This document shows positions 47,702-59,672 of a stretch of DNA of 64,000 bases, one piece after another (position 1 is the stretch's first letter; each line of letters opens with the position of its first letter). The notes under the pieces were generated by a model. That model was not told where the DNA came from. It did not search any database and saw only the letters and a program-made list of their open reading frames with translations. Position numbers and translations under genes: made by a program. This DNA is from Centroscyllium fabricii (taxonomy: Eukaryota): the NCBI GenBank assembly GCA_051313645.2, contig JBNRSN020000029.1:22506001-22570000 (forward strand), given 5' to 3'.

Positions 47702-50040
47702 GGTGACATGTGTGTTTTCTCGTTACTCTATATAGGGATCGACATTGTTGGTCAAATGCAGATTTATCTCAATCTCTCTGCTGCTTTTCTTGTCGCTCTT
47801 TAAAATTTTCTATCTAACACTTTGTCTCACTCTCAATATCCATGTCTTTTTCTCTCTCTCTTACAGTCCCCAATTAAGACAATATTTTCTCTCGCTGTGT
47901 ATAATTCTCCCACTTACTCAAATTAATTTTTCAACCAATTCCAATGGAATAGAGATCACGGATTAGAGACAGATCTTTCCACCCTTCCTTCCTTCCATTA
48001 CATTGGCTGCCGCGTTTCCTACATACAACAGTAACGTCACTTCGAAAGTACTTCATTGGTTGCAAAGCGTTTTGGCACGTTCGGTGGCCATGAGCGGCGC
48101 TGTGGAATTGTGAGTCTCTCTCTCTTTCCTTGTTCGCACTTTCCTGCATTATTGGACAAGGAGCCTGATTGTGATGTTAACTCTGTGATCAAAATCTCAT
48201 CAGTTCCAATCATAACATCGTCTTTTTGCAGATTTATTAAAATCTATTTGATTGAAAATTTCCAACTTGTAATAACATCGTCCGTTTAAAGCCAGTGAGT
48301 TATTACAGGCGTTTGGTAATCCTCAGAGGAACGGAAGAAATCATGCAACAATAGAAACAGAGTCAGTGCCCAGCTCTGCAGTTCCGGGCAATCCTCGCCT
48401 CCTCCTGTTACATTGTCACATCGATGAGAGAAGCTGAGAGCGAACTCCATCTACACACACTTTACAATACTTGAAAGGTTAACGCGAAAGCAACCGATGA
48501 GGAATCATAGAATCATAGAAAGTTACAGCACGGAAGGAGGCCATTTCGGACCAACCTGTCCGCGCCGAGCAGCAAAGAGCTATCCAGTCTAGGAAGCTGG
48601 AAAAATGGTTAACTTTATAATTTGATAATTAATTTAATGTCATACTTTCGATCGAATTCAGGCGAGCGCATTTTTAAGATTGGCACCAGGTCTGTATATT
48701 TCATATCTGTTAACATTTATTCTGGTCCCGCTCTTCATAAGGAACACAGCGTCCCGCGCCACGGGCATTCAAAGACCTTTCAATTTTGTCGAACCATTTT
48801 TAATCGCTGCTTTCACCCACTAGCGCCCTATTCATTTATCCGTTAATTGCTTCAAATCGCACACTTCAAAACACCTGTAAAGATTAAATGGGATGACATT
48901 CGATCTCACTGCACCGCCCCAGCGGGCCAAAGTTTCACATTTACACCCTCATTGGCAGCTAGGTGGCGCTGCCGGTCATTTACGCATCTCAACTATTTTT
49001 GGAAAAGCGTCAACCAGCTAGAAAAGAAATTCCAGTTCTTGAGTTAAGGCCCTCTATCACAAGATTCATAAAGAAAATTTATGAACAATCGGGCCGCTGT
49101 CCTTCCAAAGGCCGTTCCCGTTTTTGCAGCACTTCTCCGTCGAGCAATCCCACAGATCTAAATGTATCGACTGATTATAAGGCTCTAATGCACATTGGTG
49201 CGAATGGGTCCGGTGCCCAAAGCAGCGGTGGTAGCAGATCAAACATAACGTGGTAAACAGCTGAAAGTGAATGTTAGATTACGCAGTATCGCAGCAAAGT
49301 GACAATGAAATGGAAGGAGGAAAGTAACGGAGGGCTCATGATTGTGGAAGGAAGATAACGTTGGCGGGTTTGTATTATGGAGCAACAACACAGGCATGTG
49401 AGAGCGCGGGAATTTGAAGGTGTAAATAGGTTTTCTGCACCAAAAATACACATTTCTTCAGGTGGTAAATACTGGTGTGTCCTAGCGGGCTATCAGAGTA
49501 AAGCGGGCTGGGCTGTAAGAGGAATTCGCGCCGTAGCTGCTGTTACAACGCAGATCATCAGCCACTTTACGATAACGGTGGCACACACCAGCTGCGGAGT
49601 TAACGTCTCTTTCCCTGATGATTCTTTGCGCCCAGTCTCTGCCAGTGGCCTTCTTGTAGATAACTGAATGATTCACACCGAAGTCAGGCGAATTATCCAT
49701 TACGCAACGCGGCCGCTGGTGTCGGCTACGTTCTTTTTATGGAGAGAATTGTGAGCAGATTCATGGAAACAGCTCACATAAATAAGTGAATTTCAGCAAA
49801 TATACACATATTTAAAATCAATGAACAGGTCCTCTGTTCCCGCAAGTCTTTCGTTTAGTGCCTGCGATTCGCGATTGCAGCCCTACCTTCATTCAACAAC
49901 TATGAAGATCGCCAGTGGTCTGCTATTATGTTAACAAGATACGAAGAGTACAGGGTTGCAGACCTGAATCACCATTGTGATTCTGACGAGATTGTGCAAA
50001 ACAAATCCTACGTTATGCAGCGTTCAGTGTAAAGTAATAA

Positions 50041-50122
50041 GGACGGAGATGGATTGCGAGCCCACGCGTGCTGAGCACAATGGATTAGCAGTCCATCGCT
50101 TTAACCTCTCGGCCACCTCGTC
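50041..50122 (-). pseudogene. tRNA-Ser(GCT), damaged T-loop (paralog of 12733)
   Basis: 82 nt; GCT anticodon arm intact; T-loop CTCGCAA. Confidence 0.88.
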
Positions 50123-50346
50123 CGAAGGATGCAGTGTTCGTTGTATCCAGGCAGAAACACCTTGAACGAATGTCCCCTTCACCACGTGTCATGCCCCGTA
50201 CTCAAATCTAGAATGTTTAAAACGTACAACCAGCTTCATGTAATCAAAAGGGCTTCCGTCATTTTTCAGGTGAGGGACTGTCAGAAATGGTCGGTTTGAA
50301 GCCAGATTCAGAATAGGCAAGATAAAGATCAGCCGACTTATTTAAT

Positions 50347-50434
50347 CGACCGCGGCAGGACTCGCCCTGCAATCTTCTGATAACTGAACGATTCACGCCG
50401 AAGGCAAACGCCTTACCCATTAGGCCACGCTGCC
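50347..50434 (-). pseudogene. tRNA-Arg(TCG) with 16-nt intron, decayed
   Basis: ..CCTTCGG[CGTGAATCGTTCAGTT]ATCAGAAGATTGCAGGGCGAGTCC; T-loop lesion. Confidence 0.85.
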
Positions 50435-50613
50435 GCTGCAAACGCCGATGTTCTTCTTATGCGGAGAATTGCGGGCAGATTCAGATAAACTGCTCATGTG
50501 AGAAGTGAATTTCAGAAAAGATAAACATTCTTCAAATCAATGAACATGTCCTTTGCGAACTGGGTTCGCAACCGCGCAGGGCAACCTAATGCAATATCGG
50601 TCAGTGTCTCGGC

Positions 50614-50702
50614 GGCTCGTTGGTCTAATGGAATGATTATCGCTTTAGGCGCTGCGCCACGTAAAATGCGAGAGGTCCCGGGTCCAATTCGCGGACGAGC
50701 CC
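50614..50702 (+). pseudogene. tRNA-Pro body with TAG anticodon and 17-nt intron
   Basis: ..ATCGCTTTAGG[CGCTGCGCCACGTAAAA]TGCGAGAGGTCCCGGGTCCAATTCGCGGACGAGCCC. Confidence 0.85.
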
Positions 50703-51547
50703 CGCCACATTTAGTTAAACCTCAGCAACTCGGCCATCACGTCTGTGATCGTTTAATTTTTTTTTACTGACACATTGAATGATCCGGGACTGTGAGCATC
50801 TCCGGGTTAAAGAGACACATAGTGATCCTTGACGGACCACGAGCCCGCCATTATAGACAGGCCTGATTATCATTGCTTATGAAATCGATGGAAATATAAG
50901 TCGGCGGTTTTTATAATGGGCGGCAGATTACGAGGCGCGATTCAATTTAGTGGGCTAATTTGAAGTTTTGCTCCACAACCATTTTCACTTTATCTCCGTC
51001 ATTTCATTCCAGCCGACCGAAGGATGCAGTGTGAGTTGTATCCAGGCAGAAACACCTTGAACTAATGTCCCCTTCACCACGTGTCCTGCCCGTGCACTCA
51101 GGTCTACAATGTTTAAAATGTACAATCAGCTTCATGTAAGCGAAAGCCCTTCTGTTAATTTCAGGTGAGGTGCTGTCGGATATGGTCGGTTTGAATCATG
51201 TTTTACGCAGCATTAAGTTCAAATTAATAAAGACGAGAATGAGATTCGAACCATGCGTCTAGGGAAGAATGGATCAGCATTCCATGGTCTTCCACCTCGT
51301 CTGGCAGCTACACGGCAGTCAATCATTCCATATCCTGTAATTTGCATCTAAGCAGAAACAGCTCTGAACTAATGTCCCATTCACCACTTGTCCTGACTTG
51401 AACTCAGGTCTACAATGTTTTAAAAGTATAATTAGCTTCATGTAAGCAAAAGGCCTTCCGTTAATTTCAGGTGAGTGACTGTCAGAAATTGTCGGTTTGA
51501 AGCCAGATTCGGAATAGGGAAGAACAAGATTATTCCATATATTTAAA

Positions 51548-51636
51548 CGACCGCGACAGGACTCGAACCTGCAATCTTCTGATAACTGAACAACTTACAC
51601 CGAAGTCAAACGCAATATCCATTAGACCACGCGGCC
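51548..51636 (-). pseudogene. tRNA-Arg(TCG) with 16-nt intron, D-stem disrupted
   Basis: Minus: GGCCGCGTGGTCTAATGGATATTGCGTTTGACTTCGG[TGTAAGTTGTTCAGTT]ATCAGAAGATTGCAGGTTCGAGTCCTGTCGCGGTCG. Confidence 0.88.
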
Positions 51637-51815
51637 GCTGCTAATGCCCACGTTCTCCTTATGCGGAGAATTGCGAACACATTCAGGGAAACGGCTCATG
51701 TAAACAAGTGAATACAGGATATATAAACATATTTAAAATCAATGAACAGGTCTTCTGTTAACTGGGTTCACAACAGCGCAGGGCAACCTAATGCAATTTC
51801 GGCCAAGCTTTCGGC

Positions 51816-51884
51816 GGCTCGTTGGTCTGGGGATATGATTCTCGCTTCGGGCGCTACGCTACGTAAAATGCGAGATGTCCCGGG
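51816..51884 (+). pseudogene. tRNA-Pro(CGG) with 17-nt intron, 3' end deleted
   Basis: CTCGCTTCGGG[CGCTACGCTACGTAAAA]TGCGAG; same deletion junction as 18053. Confidence 0.87.
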
Positions 51885-54577
51885 ACTGTGAGCATACCCG
51901 GTTTAACCAGACACATAGTGATCCTTGACGGACCACGACCCCGCCATTAGAGACAGCCCTGATTATCATTGCTTATGAGCTCGATGGAAATATAAATCGG
52001 CGGTTTCTTTAACGGGCGGCAGATTACATTGCGCCATTTATTCTAGTAGGCCAATTTGAAGTTTTGCTCCACTATTATTTTCACTTATCTCCGTCATTTC
52101 ATTCCAGCCGACCGAACTGAGCATCAGTGTCAGACGCAGCTCAGCGGGAGCAACCGCAACCCACACTCCAGAGACCTTGGCACATAATCCTGGCTGACAC
52201 TCCATTGCAGTGCTGACGGAGAACTGAAATGTCAGCGGTGCCGTCTATTTGGTACGACGTTCAACCGAGGCCTCAGATCCGAGGAAAATATGACGAACAA
52301 TTGACGATTTCTCCACATTATTTATCTCGCAACCAATGAAACTAAAACAGAAAATCTCGTGATTAAGGTCGATAAATATTTTAGAAGTTACATTTCCTCT
52401 GAAACGGAAATGTTATAGAATCAAAGCAACATGGAAGATAGGAGCAGGAATAGGCCATTCAGCCCTTCGAGCTTGCTCCGCCATTCAATTAGATCACGAC
52501 TCATCATCAGATTCAGTGCCCTGTCCCAGCCTCCTCCCCATATCCCTTGATCCCTTCAGCCTGAAGAAATATATCCAACACCTTCTTGAATATAATCAAT
52601 GAACCGGCCTCCACCGCCCTCTGTGGCAGAGAGTTCCACAGGTTCACCACTCTCTGGCTGAAGAGATTCACCCTCATCTCAGTCCTAACTGACTGTCCCC
52701 TTATCCTTAGACTATGGCCCCTGGAACTGGACTCCCCTTTCATGGAAACATCCTTCCTGCCTCCAGAGTGTCCCGGCCTGAAATAATTTTATAGGTTTCG
52801 GCGTGAACCCCACTCAATCGACTGACCTACAGTGATTATAAGCCCCATACACTCAATCTCTCCCCATCCGTCATTCCTGCCATCCCAGGTATCAGCCTGG
52901 TTATTCTGCTGTACTACCTCCGTGGCAAGAACGTCTTTCCTCAGATTAGGTGTCAAAAACTTCACACAATACACGAGGTGTGGTCTCACCAAGGTCCTGC
53001 AGAGCTGCAGCTAGACTTCCTTGTTCTTATATTCGAACCCTCTTTCTACGAAGGCCAACATACCATTTGGCTTCTTAACCGCCTGTTGCAGCTGCAGTGA
53101 CAGGTGCACAAGCACACCCAGGTCACTTTGCACTTCCCCATCTCCCAATCTTTTGCCATTCAAATAATAATCTGCCCTCCTGTCTTTGCCACAAAGTGGA
53201 TACCCTCACATTTATTCACATGTTGTTATTTGCCATGTATCTGCCCAATCCCCCAACCTGTCCAAATCGCATTGGAGTTTCTCGACATGCTGCTCGGAGC
53301 ATACCCTCCCACCCAGGTTTGTGTCGTCTGCAAATTTGGAGATATTTCATCCAATTCCCTCGTTCAGATCATTAATATGTCTTGTGAAAAGCTGGGGTCC
53401 AAGGAACGATCCTTCCGGTACCCCATTAGTCAGCGCCTGCCACTCGGAATACCACCCTCTGTTTTCAATCTGCCAATCAGTTCTCTGTACATGTTTATAG
53501 CTTGCCCCCTTTCGTTTCTGCTTCCTAATCATTTGGCCTTGTCCCCGCTAGTCTTTCGTTGAGTGCCTGCGATTCGCGATTGCTGCTCCACCTTCAATTC
53601 ATAGAATTGAAGATCGCCAGAGATCTGCTAATATTTGAACAAGACATGAAGAGTGCAGGAACACAGCGCTGAATCACCAGTGTGATTTTGACGAATCCAA
53701 AATTGCGATGACAAATACTTTTGCGCAGCATTCAGTTCAATGTAATAACGACGAGAATGGTAGTCGAACCCATAGCTCAACCGATTAGCAGTCCATCGCA
53801 TTAATCTCTCAGCCACCTCGACTGCCGTGTATATTACATTCAATCATTCCATTTCCTGTTATTTGCATCTAAGCAAAAACAACTCGAACGAATGTCCCCA
53901 TCACCGCTTGTGATGCCCGCTTGTCATGTAAGCAAAAGTCGTTCCGCTGTTTTCAGTTGCGGGAGTATCAGAAATGGTCGGTTTGAAGCCAGATTCAGAA
54001 TAGGGAAGAAAAAGATTAGCCCATTTATTAAAACGACCGATGCAGTGCTCGATTCTGCAATCTGTACGAATCACGCCCAATTCGGACGCCTTACCCATGG
54101 CCGCTGCTAACACCGACTGTCTTCTTATTGGACCAATTGAGAGCAGGTTCAGCGAAACTGCTCCGATAAGAAGTGAATTTGAGAAATATAAATATATTTC
54201 AAAGGAATCATACGGGTCCTGAACGGCGCAGGGCAACCTAATGCAATTTCGGCCAAAATATCGGCGTTTCGTTAGTGTAGGGGAATGATTTTCGCTCAGG
54301 GAATATTGCTAGTTAAAATACGACAAGCCCCGGATTCCAATCCCGGACTAGCTCCGGCATATTTAGTTAAACCTCTCCAACTCGGCCATCACACCTGGAA
54401 TCGCTTTTCTTCAAAAAAAATACTGACACACTGAATGATCCGGGACTATGACCACACCCGGTTTAACCAGACTATTAGTGAACCTTGACTGACCACGACC
54501 CCGCCATTATGCACAGGTCTGATTATCATTGCTTATGAAATTGATGGAAAAATAAATCGGCGGTTTCTATAACGGGC

Positions 54578-54699
54578 ATAATGTGGAGGTGCCGGTGTTG
54601 GACTCTTTGTTCACCTGACGAAGGGGCAAAAGCTCCGAAAGCTTGTGATTTAAAATAGAACCGTTGGACTATAAATCTGGTGTTGTGTGACTTGTTGCA
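54578..54699 (+). mobile_element. 122-bp Penelope-like mini-insertion with hammerhead core and inverted end, unit B only
   Basis: TSD TCTATAACGGGC (54566-54577) / TCTATGACGGGC (54700-54711); empty site at ~20753-20764. Confidence 0.85.
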
Positions 54700-57600
54700 T
54701 CTATGACGGGCGGCAGATTACGAAGCGCGATTTAATCTGTGGGCCAATTTGAAGTTTTTCTCCACTATCATTTTCACTTATCTCCGTCATTTCACTCCAG
54801 CCGAACGAACTGAGCCTAGGTGCCAGACGTGGCTCAGCGGGAGCAACCACAAGTCACACTCCAGAGACCTGAGCACATAAACCTGGCTGACACTCCATTG
54901 CAATGCTGACGGAGAACGGAAATGTCAGCGGTGCCGTCTTTCTGGTGTGGCGGTCAACCATGTCAGTCTAGGATGCCCAATCCTCTGCCTCGCTGTGGCT
55001 TATTGAGTCCTGTAGGAATCAAACAGTAATGTTCTTGAGCAAGTGACTTCAGATAAAGACATTTAGCAAAGGACTCGGAAAATCAACGGACTGCGGAACA
55101 TTCAATGGATCTTCAAAGTCACAGGTGCACCTGCTAAATTATTACAATCAGAGATCGTTATGGGCTTCTCTGGGCAACAGGATGTGAACAAAACAATTTT
55201 ATGAAGACACGGACGGCGGATGAACCCAATACACAAGACCGACACATTATTGCTTGATAACCCAGCCTCATATCCATAGCATGGATGTTACTTTTTCGAA
55301 AGCGAAATACTGCGGATGCTAGAAATCTGAAATACAAACTGAAATTGCTGGACAAACTCAGCAGGTCAAGCAGCATTAGTGGAGAGAGAGACAGAGGTAA
55401 CGTTTCAGGTCGATAACATTTCATCAGGACTGGGAAAAGTTAAGAATGTGAGCAGGGAAAGGGGGCGGGAAGGAAATAACAAAATATAATGCCTGTGACA
55501 GGGTGGAAGGCAGGAGTGATCACAGGATTAAAGGGAAAGGGAATGGGAATGAGCCACGTAAAGAAAAAATATGCGCCGACAAGAAATGTAAAGGGAACTG
55601 GTGAATCATTACCAACAGTGACTGTCCGAAAAAAATGGTAGCTGTGCTTTGAATCTGAAATTACTGAAGTCAGTGCTGAGTCTGGAAGGCTAACAAGTGC
55701 CTATTCGAAAGATGCAGTGCTGTTGCTCGAGCTCCGATTGAGCAAAATTAGAACAGTGTGGGAGGCCGAGGACAGAGAGGTCAGAGTGAGATTGGGGAGG
55801 AAATTTAAGATTACCAGCGAGCGGAATCTTGGGGACTGAAGTGATGTGCTCGGCAAAGCGATCACCCTATCTGTGTGTGGTCTACCCAACGTAGTGTAGT
55901 CTGCAGCGATTAGAGTTTATTAAATTGCAAGAAGTACAAGTAATTCGAGGTTTCACCTGGGAGGTGTGTTTGGGACCCTGGACGTTGGGAAGGGAGGAGA
56001 TAAAAGGGCCGGCGTTGCATCTCCTGCGCTTGAAAAGGAAGAAATGGTCGGGTGATAGATGAGTGGAGCAGAGTGTCGCAGAGGGAGAGGTCTCCTCCGA
56101 ATGCTGAAAGGGGACGGGAGGGGAAGATGTGTTTTTTCGTGGGATCACGCTGGAGGTGATGGAAATGGCAGAGGATGATCCGTTGAATGTCGAAGCTGGT
56201 GGTGTGAAAGGTGAAGACAAGGGGAACGCTGTCTTGCTTCTGGGAGGGAGGGGAAAGAGTGAGAACCGAAGTGAGGGAAATAGAACGGGCACTGTCGAGG
56301 GTCCTGTCCACCATGGTGGAGGAAATTACTCGGTTGAGGGAAAAACAAAACATATCGGAAGGTGGCATCATCAGAAGGGTTGTGATGGAGACGGAGAAAC
56401 TGAGAAAAAGGAATAAAGTAGTTACAGGAATCAAGGTGGGAGGAGGTGTCGTCAAGTTAGCTATGGGAGCAGCTGGGCTGTTGGCCTCCGTTCAAGGAAG
56501 AAGCGGAGAGCCCCTCAGCCGCCCTGCTTGAGGTGTAGAGGGAATGGGGGCCCATCGTGAAAAGCAAACGGTGAGGAACAGTAAACTGGAAAGTAACTGA
56601 TTTTAAATTCGACCACAGCAGCACTCAAATCAATGGTATTATCAATAGATTTGTATTTTGATGTGAAGGGAATTTGTTGAATTGTGTGCAAATGCGCGTC
56701 GGTACTTCCATCACCAACATGGCCGAGTGGTTGAAGGATTTGAGTTAAAGTTCGAGTCTATGTCAATTCGTGCAGGGTCGAGCACTACTCTGGTGGAGGT
56801 GATAACTCATCCGAGAATTGCAACTATAGGGAAAGAAATTGTCATAGTTATATTTCATATTTCCTGGCAGCGGTCCTACTTTTACAGCAGGAGCTCCGCT
56901 GATTGGCAGAAAATGGGAACAGGGGTGAGCCATTCAGCCCTTCCAGCCTGTTCCGCCATTCAGTGCGATCAAGTCTGACCTGGATCTTAAATTCATCCAC
57001 CTGCTTTGACTCCTAATCCATTCCTACCCTTACCTACACATATTTATCGAGCACAGATTTAAATTGTTGATTTAAATGGCAAAAGATCTAAATATGAGTT
57101 GATGAGATTGTTTTATTACTCAGACGGTAGTTGTGATCTGGAATGCATTGCCTGAACTGTTGGTGGAAGCAGGTCCGGCAGCAGATCCAACACTGTAGTA
57201 ACTTTCAGCAGGGAATTAGATAAATATTTGATAACGAACAATGTGCAGGGCTGTGGGGAAAGTGCGTCATTCTATGGTTCTGTGATGCGAGAATCCTCTA
57301 CCTCAGTGAGCTTGTGTTTTCACCGGTAAACCTCAGGTCACGGCTTTAATTCCTGTCTGAGCCCGCAGGGACTTTCTCACCTTTGGTGTCGTGTTTCTCT
57401 TCTTCTCGCTCTATGATTTTCTCTATTTCTCTCTGTTGCTGTCTTTCTTTCCGTGTGTCAGTGTCTCTGTAGGTTTCTTTCAGTCTCAATCTCTTTCTGT
57501 ACGCTTTTCTAATTGGGTCTCTGTTTATCCGTCCAACTATTTCTTCCTCTCAGTCACTCTATCCATCGCTCCCCACATCATTTTACTCTGCATCTCATGA

Positions 57601-59537
57601 GTTAACCCTTTAAGCGTTGGTTCAGTTTGAGCTTGCTGATCTTGGGTGTTTGATATTCTCAATTCAAAAATATGTGCGGTATTGACGGGAGGGTTACATG
57701 TTCTGTCGGCTAAAAGCCGAGGGGTTACTTTTTGGTTATGAACTCTCAGCTCAAGGCGTTACCTGCCCAGCTGCTGTGCTTTTCAGTTCAGCTTTTCACA
57801 GGTCGCCGTTTTAGAAAATATATTTATCCTCTCACATTTTCAGATTATGCTGATGTCAGAACATAAGAACATAAGAAATAGGAGCAGGAGTCGGCTAATC
57901 GGCCCCTCGAGCCTGCTCCAAAATTCAATAAAATCATGGCTGATCTGATTCTAACCACCAATCTACTATCACAGAACCATCTCCTGAATCTAAAAGAATC
58001 AGACACACGAAATAGGAGAAGGATCAGGCTACACGGTCCCTGGACCCGCTCCACTACCCACAGGGCCATGACCGATCTGAACCTAGACTCATGTCCAAAT
58101 TCCTGCCCGCTCCCCGTAACCCTTAATCCCTTTTAATTCTAGGAAGCTGTCTATTGCTGTTTTAAATTTATGTAATGAAGTAGCTTCTACAGCTTTTTGG
58201 GGGGCATGTTGGATGGACCTACTACCCTCTGAGTGAAGAAGCTTCTCCTCATCTCAGTTTTGAAAGAGCAGCCCCTTATTCTAAGTTTATGCCCCCTAGT
58301 TCTAGTTTCACCCATTATCGGGAACACCATCTCCGCGTCCAGCCGATCCAACCCCTTCACAATATTATATGTTTCAATAAGGTCGCCCCTCATTCATCTG
58401 AGCTCCAATGAGTAGAGTCACAATCTACCCAACCTCTCCTCATATGTCCAACCCCTCATCCCTGGCATTAACCGAGCGAACCTTCTTTGTACCGACTCGA
58501 GAGCGAGTATGTCCTTTCTTAAGAATGGACACCAAAACTGTACGCAGTATTCCAGGTGTGGTCTCACCAATACCTTGTACAACTGAAGCTAAACCTCCGT
58601 ATTTTTATATTCTATTTCCTTAGCAATGAAAGACAACATTCCATTGGCCTCCTTAATCACTTGATGCACCTGCATACTAACCTTTTGTGTTTCGTGCACC
58701 AGGACCCCTAGATCCCTTTGCACATAGTACATTCCAGTTTCTTGCCATTAAGTTAATAACTGGCTCTACGGTTTTTCCTGCCAAAGTGCATAACCTCACA
58801 CTTTTCAGTATTGTATTCCATCTGCCGAATCTCCGCCCACTCACTTAGCATGTCCATGTCCCCCTGCATGTTTTTTATGTCCTCCTCCCTCACTACATTG
58901 CCTCCCATCTCAGTATCATCTGCAAACTTTGATATGTTACACTCGGTCCCCTACTCAAAATCGTTAATATAGTTTGTAAAGAGTTGGGGACCCAGCACTG
59001 ACCCTTGCAGAACACCAATAGTTACCGATTGCCAGTCTGAGAATGCAACATTTATTCCAACTCTCTGCCTTCTGTTAAATAGCCAATCCTCTATCTCAGG
59101 CAGAATATTACCTACAATTCCGTGATTTTTTTTCCAGCAATAATCGTTTCTGTGGCACCTTGTCAAATGCCTTTTGAAAGTCTAAATACACTAGGTCCAC
59201 TGGTTCCCCTTTAACCACCCTGTATGTTACTACCTCAATGAACTCTAACAAATTTGTCAAACAAGACTTCCTCTTCATAAAAGCATGCTGGCTTTGTCCT
59301 ATTAAATTATTTTTATCCAAATGTCCTGTTACTGTCTCCTTAATAATGGACTCCAAAATTTTACCCATGACAGATGTTAGTTTCCAGCCTTATGTCTACT
59401 GCCCTTTTTAAATAAGTGTGTTACATTAGAAGTTTTCCAATCTGCCTGGATTGTAGTTTACGCTGCGCTGAAAACTAAATTTCGAATCTGCAAGGGATTT
59501 GTCAAATTTTCAGGCACTGCACGGCTGGGCTCTTGTC

Positions 59538-59620
59538 ACTAGGATGGCCGAGTGATTAAGGCGTTGGACTTAAAATCCAATGGACATGTGTCCCCGTGGG
59601 ATCGGTCCGCACTCTTGGTA
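59538..59620 (+). pseudogene. tRNA-Leu(TAA), decayed
   Basis: ACTAGGATGGCCGAGTGATTAAGGCGTTGGACTTAAAATCCAATGGACATGTGTCCCCGTGGGATCGGTCCGCACTCTTGGTA. Confidence 0.85.
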
Positions 59621-59672
59621 GATGCTCTGGCAACGGGGGTTGAAAATAAAACCTAAAACTAATTTAGGTATG

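Larger units (their letters stand above)
25826..59672. repeat. Large tandem tDNA unit B (~33.8 kb)
   Basis: Colinear with unit A; carries extra 29029-31814 and 32911-42461 and fewer inner modules. Confidence 0.95.
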
